A DNA stretch of 64,000 nucleotides, taken from NCBI GenBank assembly GCA_963812155.1, contig CAWETW010000002.1:64001-128000 (forward strand), read 5' to 3'. The notes under the pieces are model-generated. The model was not told the origin of the DNA. It saw only the letters and a program-made list of their open reading frames with translations, and did not search any database. The DNA comes from Vulcanimicrobiota bacterium (lineage in GTDB: Bacteria; Vulcanimicrobiota; Vulcanimicrobiia; Vulcanimicrobiales; Vulcanimicrobiaceae). Positions 46,835-56,490 of the stretch are shown piece after piece; positions within the stretch are counted from its first letter, which is position 1; each line of letters opens with the position of its first letter. The position numbers and the translations under genes were made by a program.

Positions 46835-49602
46835 GCAGTAACGACGGCCGCGCAGTCGGCGCAAATGCCGGGATGGGCCGGATCGATCCCGAGTTCGCGA
46901 AACTTCCAGCAACGCTCGCACTTCTCGCCGTTTGCCTGCGACAACGCACATTCGGCGACGCCTTCCGCGGCGGCGTCTTCTTCGAGCGTGAGCTGCGATA
47001 CGACGAGCGCTTCGCGCAGATTGTCGCCGAACGGCGCCAGACGACGATACAGTGACGGCGAAACGCGCAGGCGCGCCTGCGCCTCGAAATCGCGCGGCGA
47101 TTCGCTCGCCGCGACGCGCGCGCGCAACTCGCGCAGCGTTTCCCACCGATCCAAGTCGTCGTCGAAAGCGCCGGGCTTCGAGTTCGGGCTCTCGAGCGAC
47201 GAATCGAACACGCTCTCGGCGTCGCCGCGGAGCGCCGCCGGCAGCGCCTGCCACGCCTCCTCGCTGGTAAACGAAAGCACCGGCGCGAGCGCCGTGAGGA
47301 ACCGCATGAGGACGTAACGCAACGCCGATTGGGCGCTGCGGCGGCGCGGATCGCTCGCGCCCCGCGAGTAGAGCGGATCCTTCATCGCGTCGAAATAGAG
47401 GCTCGACATCGCGCTTTCGAAGTCGATGATGCGCAAGTACGCATCGTGAAGGTCGAAACGGTCGTACGCCGCGCGAATCTCGGCTGCAAAAGAGTCGGTG
47501 ACGCGGCACGCCAGGCGATCCAATGGCTGCATGTCTTCCGGCGACACGACGTCGCCGGCGGGGAGATCGTCCAGGTTCGACAGCATGAATCGAATGCGGT
47601 TGCGCAGGTTCCGGTAGACGCGGCCGATTTGCTCGACGACGTTCGGCCCGAAGCGCACGTCGTCGAAGAACTCGACCGACGCGATCCACAGCCGCAGAAC
47701 GTCGGCGCCCCACTTCTCCATCGCCTCGCGCGCGCCGATCCCGGTCCCGAGCGATTTCGACATCGCACGGCCCTGTTCGTCATTCACCCATCCGTTTTTC
47801 ACGACGCGGCGGTACGGCGCGCGGCCGCGCAACGCGACCCCGGTGATCAGCGAACTGCGGAACCAGCCGCGGTATTGGTCGCCGCCTTCGAGCACGCAGT
47901 CGCTGGGCCACGGCAGACCGTCGCGTCCGAGTACCGCCAGATGCGTTACGCCCGACTCGAACCAGATGTCGACGATGTCGCGCTCTTTTTCGAAACGCGC
48001 TGCGCCGCAGTTCGGGCAGCGAAGGTGCGGCGGAAGAAACGCCTCCACCGGATCGGTCCACCATGCATTCGCACCGGTTTCCAAGAAGCGTTTGGCGGCG
48101 CGGCGCGCGACGCCGGCGTCGAGAATCGACTCGTTACACTGCAGGCAGCGCAGCGCCGGAATCGGCGTGCCCCACGTTCGCTGTCGCGAGATGCACCACT
48201 CGGGATGCATTTCGATCATCTGACGCTGGCGCTGAGCGCCCCATGGAGGCACGTACGCTACGTCGTCGATCGCATCGATCGCTCGCTGACGCAGCAAGTT
48301 CTGATCCATCGCAATGAACCATTGCGCGGTCGCGCGGAAGATGACCGGGTTGTGGCAGCGCCAGCAATGCGGATAGGAATGCGCGTACTCGCTCGCACTC
48401 CACAAGGCGCCGGCGGCGCGCAAGTCGTCGACGATCGTCGCGTTGGCATCGAAGATGAAAAGCCCCGCGTAGCGACCCGCTTCCGCCGTAAAGCGGCCTG
48501 CAGCGTCCACCGGATTGAGAATCGGGAGGTTGTATTTAATCCCGGTTTCGAAATCGTCGGCGCCGTGGCCGGGAGCGGTGTGCACCGCACCGGTCCCGGT
48601 TTCGAGGTCGACGTAGTCGGCGAGCACGACGTGCGAGTCCCGCTCGATCAACGGATGCCTGACGGCGAGGCCGTCGAGATCTTTGCCGGTTGCCCGCCCC
48701 AGCACCGACGCCTCCGCGAAGCGCGTGCCGAGCGAACGCTCTCCCAGCGACTCCGCAAGCACGACGCGCTCGTCGCCCAAATCGTAGAGCGCATACGTGG
48801 CATCGGGTCGCAGCGCAATGGCCGCGTTGGCGGGCAGCGTCCAGGGCGTCGTGGTCCAGATGAGCATCGAGAGCGGCTTTTCGCCGGCATCGAATCCGCC
48901 GTCGCGCGCGAATCGCACACCGATTTCGCGCGCCTGCGCCGCATCCGCCGGGAAGCGAACGTACACCGACGGCGACACGCGCTGCTCGTACTCGATTTCG
49001 GCTTCGGCGAGCGCCGTTTCGTCGTGGACGCACCAGAGCGTGGAGCGCAGGCCCTTGTAGATCTGCTGCTTCTCGGTCAAATCGGCGAGCGCCGAGACGA
49101 TCGTCGCTTCGAACGACGGATCGATCGTGCGGTAGGGATGCTCCCACAGGCCGAAGTTGCCCATGCGCACGCGCGTCTCGCGCTGACGGTCGAGCCAAAA
49201 GAGCGCGCGTTCGCGACACCGTTCGCGCAGTTCGAGCGGATCGATCGCGTGAAAGTCGCGAATCCCCAAGTGCTTGAGCGTTTCGAGTTCGATCGGGAGG
49301 CCGTGCATGTCCCAGCCGGGCACGAACTTCGCAAACTTGCCCGAGAGCAACGCGATCTTCACGAACACGTCCTTGAGCACCATGTTGAAGAAGCCGCCCA
49401 TGTGGAGATCGTTGTTCGCGTACGGCGGCCCGTCGTGGAGGATCCAGGGATCGGCGGCGGCATTACGCTCGAGACGGCGCTCGTAGGTCCGGTGCTCGCG
49501 CCACCATGCGACGCGTTCGGGTTCGCGCTTGGGAAGCTCCGCCTTCATCGGAAAAGCGGTCTTCGGCAGGTTGAGCGTGCTGCGGTAATCGCGCTCGGTC
49601 AT
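46831..49602 (-). CDS. ileS: Isoleucine--tRNA ligase (type 1, C-terminal Zn finger)
   Basis: TLNLPKTAFPM, HDGPPYAN, GWDMHGLPIE, WTTTPWT, GTGAVHTAPGHG, WCISRQR, MSKS, CERCW...CADC. Start ATG 49602. Confidence 0.96.
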   Translation of the reverse strand: MTERDYRSTLNLPKTAFPMKAELPKREPERVAWWREHRTYERRLERNAAADPWILHDGPPYANNDLHMGGFFNMVLKDVFVKIALLSGKFAKFVPGWDMHGLPIELETLKHLGIRDFHAIDPLELRERCRERALFWLDRQRETRVRMGNFGLWEHPYRTIDPSFEATIVSALADLTEKQQIYKGLRSTLWCVHDETALAEAEIEYEQRVSPSVYVRFPADAAQAREIGVRFARDGGFDAGEKPLSMLIWTTTPWTLPANAAIALRPDATYALYDLGDERVVLAESLGERSLGTRFAEASVLGRATGKDLDGLAVRHPLIERDSHVVLADYVDLETGTGAVHTAPGHGADDFETGIKYNLPILNPVDAAGRFTAEAGRYAGLFIFDANATIVDDLRAAGALWSASEYAHSYPHCWRCHNPVIFRATAQWFIAMDQNLLRQRAIDAIDDVAYVPPWGAQRQRQMIEMHPEWCISRQRTWGTPIPALRCLQCNESILDAGVARRAAKRFLETGANAWWTDPVEAFLPPHLRCPNCGAARFEKERDIVDIWFESGVTHLAVLGRDGLPWPSDCVLEGGDQYRGWFRSSLITGVALRGRAPYRRVVKNGWVNDEQGRAMSKSLGTGIGAREAMEKWGADVLRLWIASVEFFDDVRFGPNVVEQIGRVYRNLRNRIRFMLSNLDDLPAGDVVSPEDMQPLDRLACRVTDSFAAEIRAAYDRFDLHDAYLRIIDFESAMSSLYFDAMKDPLYSRGASDPRRRSAQSALRYVLMRFLTALAPVLSFTSEEAWQALPAALRGDAESVFDSSLESPNSKPGAFDDDLDRWETLRELRARVAASESPRDFEAQARLRVSPSLYRRLAPFGDNLREALVVSQLTLEEDAAAEGVAECALSQANGEKCERCWKFRELGIDPAHPGICADCAAVVTA

Positions 49603-50678
49603 AACAGTTCGCTCAACACGTCGAAATTGCGTTCGGCCGAGGCGCGCACGGCATCGATGCGGCCGGCAAGGTGGCGCGAAAGTTCGTCGCGGCGCGAGAC
49701 GAGCGCGTCGACGATTTCGTCGTCGCCGCCGGCGTCGCGGCGGGGCGCACCGGCGCTCCACAACGGCTCGAGCGGATACTCGAGGTCCGCGCAAAGCGCC
49801 GACACTTTCGGATCGTATGCGAGCGCGAGAAACGGCACCGCCGAGCGCGCCGCCAGCACGAGTGCGTGCAGACGCATCCCGACGACGGCGCGCGCGCCGC
49901 GCAAAATCGCCGCCGCCTTGGGGAGCGGGCATTCCGGCAGCAGCACCGGCGCGGTCGAGCACGACCGAATGATTTCCGTTGAAGCCTCGGCGTCGCCGAC
50001 GCCTCCGAGCGGCAAGAACGCGACGCGAATGCCGTGGCGGCTGGTCAGCCGGTCGACGCAGCGCGCGACGATCGGTGCGGCTTCGCGCAGCGCCGGAACC
50101 TTGCGCACGCTCACGACTGCGTACGGACTGCTTTCCGGCCCTAGCCCTTCGGCCGAGAGATCGAGCGTTTCGTCCGGCACGTCGTAGAGAAAGACCGGAT
50201 CGGCCGTTCGTTCGACCGGAACGTTCGGCACGAGCGACGAGAGCAATGCGCGCGAACGTTCGTCGCGCACCGTCGCCCGCGCGATGCCGCGGCAAAAGCG
50301 TCCCACCAGGATGCGTCCAAAGAAGTCGAGCGGACCGATCGACTGCGCGAAGATCATCGTCTTGCATCCGGCACGCACCGCCTCGCGCACGATGCCGGCG
50401 TAGTACGTCAGGCTGCGAAAACTGGTTGCGTTTTGCAGCAGACCTCCTCCACCGGAAAGCACGACGTCGGCGCGCGCAATCGCAGCGCGTACCGCGCGCC
50501 AATCCCACCGCTGCACGGCGTCAATGCCGTACCGGCGTGCGGTGAGGCCGGGCGACGCCGACAGCACTTCCAGCGCCGTGGCGGGGAATCGCGCGCGCAT
50601 GCGGCCGACGATCACTTCCAGCAGCGCCTCGTCGCCGAGGTTGCCGAAGCCGTAATACCCCGAGAGCAGCACGCGCAT
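49599..50678 (-). CDS. csaB: Polysaccharide pyruvyl transferase CsaB
   Basis: SGYYGFGNLGDEA, GGGGLLQ, AQSIGP, VRD, GMRLHA, YDPKV. Confidence 0.92.
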   Translation of the reverse strand: MRVLLSGYYGFGNLGDEALLEVIVGRMRARFPATALEVLSASPGLTARRYGIDAVQRWDWRAVRAAIARADVVLSGGGGLLQNATSFRSLTYYAGIVREAVRAGCKTMIFAQSIGPLDFFGRILVGRFCRGIARATVRDERSRALLSSLVPNVPVERTADPVFLYDVPDETLDLSAEGLGPESSPYAVVSVRKVPALREAAPIVARCVDRLTSRHGIRVAFLPLGGVGDAEASTEIIRSCSTAPVLLPECPLPKAAAILRGARAVVGMRLHALVLAARSAVPFLALAYDPKVSALCADLEYPLEPLWSAGAPRRDAGGDDEIVDALVSRRDELSRHLAGRIDAVRASAERNFDVLSELL

Positions 50679-50690
50679 CGGTGAAGCGCC

Positions 50691-52700
50691 CTAACGAACC
50701 GCAAGCGCACGCGCGGCGATCCGGACGCGATAGATCCACACCAGCAGCGCACCGATGACGACGCCCACGACCAAGCCGTTGAAAACGCGCAACAGTGAAA
50801 TCCCCAGCGGCGTGTGCAGGTGCGAAAACGTGTCGATGACGTCGCCGAGTCCGACGCCGGCCCCCAGGGCGAGCAGCCACCCGACGATACGGCGATGCGC
50901 GACGACGAGCGCCGAGACGAGCATCATGCACGGAACGCCGATGAGGAATTCCTTGAAGCGGGGGCGCACGCTGAGCACGCTCGTCAGGGCGTGGCGAAGC
51001 ACGAGTTCGAACTGCGACGGCGACACGTCGCTATCGTTCCCGCTGCGGACCACGAGGAGGGCGCCTGCCGCCACGACGATCAGTCCGGCAAGCAACTGGT
51101 AGGCGAGGACGGGTGAGAGAAAAACGTCGCGCGGACGCTCGACGCCCGACCCGAAGCGGCGATCGAAGATGTAGATGCAGAGCGAGATCAACGGCGGCAA
51201 CGCGAGGATGAGTTTCACCCCGCGGAAACGCTCGATCTCCTCCATTGCCAGCGGCGAACTCATGATTCCGACGACCACGAGCGCGCCCAGCAGTGCGACC
51301 GCAGTCGCGACGAGCGCCCAGCCGATGCATCGCAGCAACTGCGTGCCGGTGCGCTCCGCCGGCTCTTCGGTAAAGGCCGGCATCAGCGCGACGAAGGCGG
51401 CCGTTGCAAAAAGAAGTGCGCCGCATAGCGCAATCACGGAACGCACGAACAGGTCGTGATGCGAGAGCACGCCCGCGGCGTAGAGCAGCACGGTCGAACC
51501 GTACGCCGCGACCGCCCACCAGCGGCGGTACCAGCCGAAAAAAGATAGCAACAGCACGAAGATCGACGGGACGGCCAGGGTTGCGATGCCGACGAGCACC
51601 GCGTTGTTGCCGTGATACAGCGGAATCGGCGTCGCCCGGCCGAGGCGAAAACCAGCCGCCTTGAGTTGGCCGGCGATCTGAGCGACCATCTCGACGTTGG
51701 TTTTTTCGATCGAGAGATCGCCGTCTTGATGTTCCCACGGACGCAAGTAGACGACGCGTACGTTGCGTTCGCGCACGCCCAACGCGTAGCGCGCGACCAC
51801 CTGGTCGAGCTTGATCTTGTCGAGTTCGGTCCGTGCGATCGCCTGCACTCGCACGGTGCGACCCGGGATGAGCTTCGCCAGCGTCTCGCTGCCTTTTTGA
51901 ATTTGGCTGTCGTCGTACGTCTCGATCGCCCCGAAGTTGAAGACGTAACGCTTGAACACGGCCGCCATGTCTTCGAGATGATCCGGATATCCGAGCACCT
52001 GATTGCGCAATCCGAAAAACATCACCGTCGAAACCTTCGCATCGTAGCGAAACACGTCGGCAATCGTCGCTTCGATTTGCGGTTGCGCAAACCGCTCGTC
52101 GTTTTGAAAACGCGGAATAACCAGCAAGCCCAGCCTGCGCGCGAGCAGTATTTGACTGGACGGAATCCCGAGGGCGGTGGTGTTGAAGTAGTCGATTTGC
52201 GTGCGCACCTCGAGCAGCCACGGACGCGTCGCGCGCAATACCTTCACGCTCTTGGGCATGAAGTGCAGCCGCAGTTCGCCGTAGTATCGACGGTAGTTAG
52301 ACCCATCGCTGATCAGTAGATAGACGGCGCCCGGCTCGATGCGCTGCTGCGCGACGAGGCGTGCCAAAAGCGGATCGCGGATCGGCGAAATCTGTGCTTG
52401 CGCGATCAGCGCCGCCCCGGTAGTGGCGGAAGCCTTGCCGTCGTCGCCGACGTTCGCGCCCAGCTCTTCGGTGAGCGCGAGCGACGTCAGGCCGGCGCGC
52501 CGCAGCGCGATAAGGAACGCGGCGGGGTTGTAGTTGTAGGAACGCGCCAGTGCATCGAAGTCTTGGAAATCCATCGCCAGTTCGACGCGCCGCGCGTGCG
52601 ACTCGGTACGCGCGCGATACGCCGCGACTGCGAGTGACGCCGCAAGAGCCACAAGCAAGACGATCGCGGCATAGCGGGTGCGCGGTGGAAAGAAGGTCAC
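50691..52700 (-). CDS. DUF5693-like membrane protein (CsaB-associated)
   Basis: RRVELAMD, VRERNVRVVYLRP, FRGVK, RPRFKEFLIG, TFSHLHTP; directly upstream of csaB. Start GTG 52700. Confidence 0.78.
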   Translation of the reverse strand: MTFFPPRTRYAAIVLLVALAASLAVAAYRARTESHARRVELAMDFQDFDALARSYNYNPAAFLIALRRAGLTSLALTEELGANVGDDGKASATTGAALIAQAQISPIRDPLLARLVAQQRIEPGAVYLLISDGSNYRRYYGELRLHFMPKSVKVLRATRPWLLEVRTQIDYFNTTALGIPSSQILLARRLGLLVIPRFQNDERFAQPQIEATIADVFRYDAKVSTVMFFGLRNQVLGYPDHLEDMAAVFKRYVFNFGAIETYDDSQIQKGSETLAKLIPGRTVRVQAIARTELDKIKLDQVVARYALGVRERNVRVVYLRPWEHQDGDLSIEKTNVEMVAQIAGQLKAAGFRLGRATPIPLYHGNNAVLVGIATLAVPSIFVLLLSFFGWYRRWWAVAAYGSTVLLYAAGVLSHHDLFVRSVIALCGALLFATAAFVALMPAFTEEPAERTGTQLLRCIGWALVATAVALLGALVVVGIMSSPLAMEEIERFRGVKLILALPPLISLCIYIFDRRFGSGVERPRDVFLSPVLAYQLLAGLIVVAAGALLVVRSGNDSDVSPSQFELVLRHALTSVLSVRPRFKEFLIGVPCMMLVSALVVAHRRIVGWLLALGAGVGLGDVIDTFSHLHTPLGISLLRVFNGLVVGVVIGALLVWIYRVRIAARALAVR

Positions 52701-52742
52701 GGCACCGCCTCTTCGACCGACGCCGCCGAAGCCCCCGGAATA

Positions 52743-52900
52743 GCAAGAGGACCCGCCGTTTGGCGAGTCCCCTTGCCGTCGCGTATGCGCAATGCCCTTT
52801 TTGTCGGGTTCGCGCATACCGGGTGTGGGCGACGCTTGTGTTGACGCTTCGCGCTCGCTCTTAGCCCACGTGAGCGGCGCACGTGTCGTTCAGACAGTTC
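52743..52900 (-). ncRNA. Candidate structured leader RNA or sRNA upstream of the DUF5693-csaB-ileS operon
   Basis: Three hairpins and a possible pseudoknot downstream of a TTGACA promoter. G-U wobbles favour the minus strand. Confidence 0.45.
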
Positions 52901-52903
52901 ACT

Positions 52904-52929
52904 AAACTAACCAAAAAATGGCACTTTTG

Positions 52930-52933
<4 letters not shown>
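52904..52933 (-). promoter_or_regulatory. Sigma70-type promoter
   Basis: TTGACA (52933-52928), 18 nt, TAGTTT (52909-52904), in an AT-rich patch. Confidence 0.6.
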
Positions 52934-53694
<761 letters not shown>

Positions 53695-53788
53695 GGAGCG
53701 TGGTCTTAGCTTCCCCCGGGGGGTGGGCCTTCAGCGATGCGGTTCGCGAGGGCATCGTCATTCGCTGCCGTGTACGGGCTGAGTGAAT

Positions 53789-54550
53789 TCAAGCTAGCGC
53801 TTCTTTCTCTCTGAAAAACGCGCCGGCCGCGGCCACAGCCTGTGGCCACAGGCGATCGTCGGAACGCCAACCGCGCAGGAGGAGCGTCACGGGATTCCAA
53901 GCACCGCTCAGATTCAAATGATTCGCATTTCGTCCATCAATAAAGCCGTGTGGAAGTAGGCCGTACAGCGTGGCAGACTCAACGGGAACCACGCCATCGG
54001 AGTTGTTGCCATACCGCGGTACGCGCCCGGCGAGATTGAAGATGGGCACGTCTGTGGGCGCTACCCACGGGGGTTTGTCCAGCTTCCAGTGTTTCTCTTG
54101 GGTTCCGCCGGCTTCCCAATGACCGGGCGTCTTGTTTAACCAGGCCATGAACGGAGACTCTACATCCATGTCTTCAATTACGCTTTGCTCAAAGTGGATG
54201 CGCCGGAAGACCCCGCGTTGGTCGTCAGTAACGATGCCCGCGTTTGGAGCTGCCAACTGAAAAATGGCCGAGACGCGCGACTCGGGATACGCACGCAGCA
54301 GCCCGCGTGCCGTCAGCCCTCCGGCGCTGTATCCGAAAAGCGCTACCATTGAGATGGTAGAATCGGCCGCCTGAAGACCATCAATGAATCGCGACAATTG
54401 ATCGATGCGGTCGCTAAGGGATCCGGTTCCCCCATCAAAGACGGTGCACTCGAATCCGGCAGCTGAAAGTCCCGGCAGCCCGTGACGGCCGTCCGCAAAG
54501 ACGGCCATCTTGTCGGCTCCTTCATTCCAGCCTGGAATTAACACTACCAT
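53789..54550 (-). CDS. Alpha/beta hydrolase (lipase/esterase-like)
   Basis: VVLIPGW, GYSAGG nucleophile elbow, APNAG, SDGVV, ANH. The track start at 54712 overlaps the metallothionein gene. Confidence 0.78.
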   Translation of the reverse strand: MVVLIPGWNEGADKMAVFADGRHGLPGLSAAGFECTVFDGGTGSLSDRIDQLSRFIDGLQAADSTISMVALFGYSAGGLTARGLLRAYPESRVSAIFQLAAPNAGIVTDDQRGVFRRIHFEQSVIEDMDVESPFMAWLNKTPGHWEAGGTQEKHWKLDKPPWVAPTDVPIFNLAGRVPRYGNNSDGVVPVESATLYGLLPHGFIDGRNANHLNLSGAWNPVTLLLRGWRSDDRLWPQAVAAAGAFFREKEALA

Positions 54551-54686
54551 TGACAAACGTTTTGGGCCGAAGCAGGACGTTGAGCGAGACGGACTTTCAA
54601 TGTGGCCTCCGTTTACCCACCGGCCCCGCCAAAACGCATAGCCGAGACCTTTTCGGGTATACGGAACTTGAAGGGGGACTGCCAAC

Positions 54687-54809
54687 ATGCCATGTAAGGG
54701 TGAAGACTGCAAGTGTCAAGCGACGAGTGGTGAGTACTGCAGCGACGCCTGCAAATCGTCGACAGGTCACGGCCATTGTCATTGCGGGCACGCTGCCTGC
54801 AGTACGTAG
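54687..54809 (+). CDS. Bacterial metallothionein-like protein (40 aa, 8 Cys, 4 His), not in the ORF track
   Basis: SD GAAGGGGGA; MPCKGEDCKCQATSGEYCSDACKSSTGHGHCHCGHAACST; terminator downstream. Confidence 0.8.
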   Translation: MPCKGEDCKCQATSGEYCSDACKSSTGHGHCHCGHAACST

Positions 54810-54866
54810 ACTCCCAGTCGATGGGGTTGAACTGTAAGCCGTTTCCAGGAGTAATCTGGAATCCGT

Positions 54867-54907
54867 AGAGCGGCTGCCTGGCTTCTAGGCAGTCGCTCTG
54901 TTTTCTT
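54867..54907 (+). terminator. Intrinsic terminator after the metallothionein gene
   Basis: AGAGCGGCTGCCTG-GCTTC-TAGGCAGTCGCTCT followed by GTTTTCTT. Confidence 0.75.
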
Positions 54908-54948
54908 AAGTATCCCTGACCGGGAAGGTTGCTTCCTAATCAGTTGGG

Positions 54949-55024
54949 TGGTGGGCGATGACGGGCTCGAACCGCCGACATCCTCCTTGTAAGGGAGGCG
55001 CTCTCCCAGCTGAGCTAATCGCCC
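54949..55024 (-). tRNA. tRNA-Val (TAC)
   Basis: GGGCGATTAGCTCAGCTGGGAGAGCGCCTCCCTTACAAGGAGGATGTCGGCGGTTCGAGCCCGTCATCGCCCACCA; 76 nt with encoded CCA. Confidence 0.98.
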
Positions 55025-55027
55025 GTT

Positions 55028-55074
55028 CGTCCTTCGACTACGCATCGCTTCGCGATGCTCCGCTCAGGATGACA
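55028..55074. repeat. REP-like palindromic element between ctpA and tRNA-Val
   Basis: Minus strand TGTCATCCTGAGCGGA-GCATCGC-GAA-GCGATGC-GTAGTCGAAGGACG. Resembles GTCATCCTGAGC...GAAGGA-type intergenic repeats; one copy seen in the window. Confidence 0.5.
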
Positions 55075-55077
55075 TGA

Positions 55078-56424
55078 TTACGGTAACGCGGAGGTGTACG
55101 GCTTGTCCGCGATTTTCTTCTGCAGCAGCGCAACGGCGGCGCGCAGTTGCGCGTCGCGATCGACGTCCCCGTAACGGGCATCCTTGTTCTCGTCGACGAG
55201 AAGGTCGGGTTCGATGCCGCGCAAGTTGATGTCGCGGCGGCGCGGCGTGAGGTAGTGCGCGGTCGTAATTTTAATTGCGGCGCCGTCGGGAAGCGGCGTG
55301 AGCGTTTGCATCACGCCCTTGCCGAACGTCTTGACGCCGACCAGCGGACCGACGCCGTCGTCTTGCAGCGCACCGGCAGTGATCTCCGACGCCGACGCCG
55401 TGTATTGGTTGACGAGCACGCTCACCGGAATCGTCACCGATTCCTCGTTGCCGGCGTCGATCGTCGTTGCGTGATCGCCGCGCTCTTCGACGGTCAACAG
55501 CGCTTTGTTGACGACGAAGCGGCGGCTGATGAGCAACGCCGAATCGACGTAACCTCCGCCGTCGTTACGCAAATCGAGCACGACGGCTTTGGCGTTCTGA
55601 TCCTTTAGGCGCGCGATCGCTGTGTCGAACTCGCTCGGCGTCGCCTTTCCGAAAGCCATCACGTAGACGTAGCCGACGTCGCCCGGCAGCATTTTGAAAA
55701 CGACCGTCGGCGGCTGCACCTCTTCGCGCGTGATCGTATACGCCGCGTCGGGCGATCCGGTGCGCATCACCGACACCGCCACCGTGGATCCGGCACGGCC
55801 GCGCAGCAGTTTGCTCGCGTCGACCACGCTCAAACCTTTGGTCGTCGTCGAATCGATCGCGGTCAGCACGTCGCCGCCGCGCAAACCGGCACGATCGGCC
55901 GGCGTCTCCGGAACGACGTAGGTGAGCCGCAGGTAGCCCGATGCGGCGTCCGGCTCGATCATGACGCCGATGCCGCTGATGCGTTCGGGATCGAGCGCTT
56001 CGTTAAACTGCTTGAACTCGTCGGGTGTAAAGAACTGCGTGTACCGGTCCCCCAGCGATCGCGTCATCGCGGCGATCGCCGCGTACGCAAACGTGGTTGC
56101 GTTCCCGTGGCTGGCCGCCGCCGACGACGCGATCGCTTCGTCGAGTGCGGAGAGCGTGGCCTCGGTGTCGTTTTGCACTTTGAGCGCCGGTGGAGCAATG
56201 GTCGATCCCTGCTTGCGCGCCTGGTCCGACAGCGCGTCGCTCGCGGCTGCAAGCAACGTCTGCTGGCTGACCGGGCGGTACGCACTCGACATCAACAGGC
56301 GGTAACTCTCGTGCACGTCGCCGGCGACTTGTGTCGGCAGCGGCGGCGCCGCCGCACCCATGCAGAAAACGGCGAGGACTATGAGCGCGCCGCAGGCGCG
56401 TGTCCCAATGGACTGACTCGGCAT
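55078..56424 (-). CDS. S41A C-terminal processing protease (CtpA-like, PDZ domain)
   Basis: GIGV, DLRNDGG, ASASE, TFGKG; signal peptide. Confidence 0.92.
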   Translation of the reverse strand: MPSQSIGTRACGALIVLAVFCMGAAAPPLPTQVAGDVHESYRLLMSSAYRPVSQQTLLAAASDALSDQARKQGSTIAPPALKVQNDTEATLSALDEAIASSAAASHGNATTFAYAAIAAMTRSLGDRYTQFFTPDEFKQFNEALDPERISGIGVMIEPDAASGYLRLTYVVPETPADRAGLRGGDVLTAIDSTTTKGLSVVDASKLLRGRAGSTVAVSVMRTGSPDAAYTITREEVQPPTVVFKMLPGDVGYVYVMAFGKATPSEFDTAIARLKDQNAKAVVLDLRNDGGGYVDSALLISRRFVVNKALLTVEERGDHATTIDAGNEESVTIPVSVLVNQYTASASEITAGALQDDGVGPLVGVKTFGKGVMQTLTPLPDGAAIKITTAHYLTPRRRDINLRGIEPDLLVDENKDARYGDVDRDAQLRAAVALLQKKIADKPYTSALP

Positions 56425-56490
56425 CGTATCTCCTCTTTACCGTCGAAACGCGTCCGACACCTCGTCCGTTACCGTTGGCTTTAGAAACGT

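Noticed and set aside
49603..50508. Apparent 300-aa N-terminal extension of IleRS (1225-aa ORF), and similar extensions on the ORFs for divIVA, yggS, kal, sua5 and the LptD-like protein
   Set aside because: The extensions overlap real upstream genes in another frame or intergenic DNA. Conserved N-termini start at the downstream codons used above.
52700..52900. T-box riboswitch for ileS
   Set aside because: No GGUGGNACC T-box consensus or recognisable specifier loop, and ileS is the third gene of the operon.
53700..53790. attR duplication of the tRNA-Val 3' end
   Set aside because: Only a short GGTGGGC match is present, too short to support an att site, and there is no integrase.
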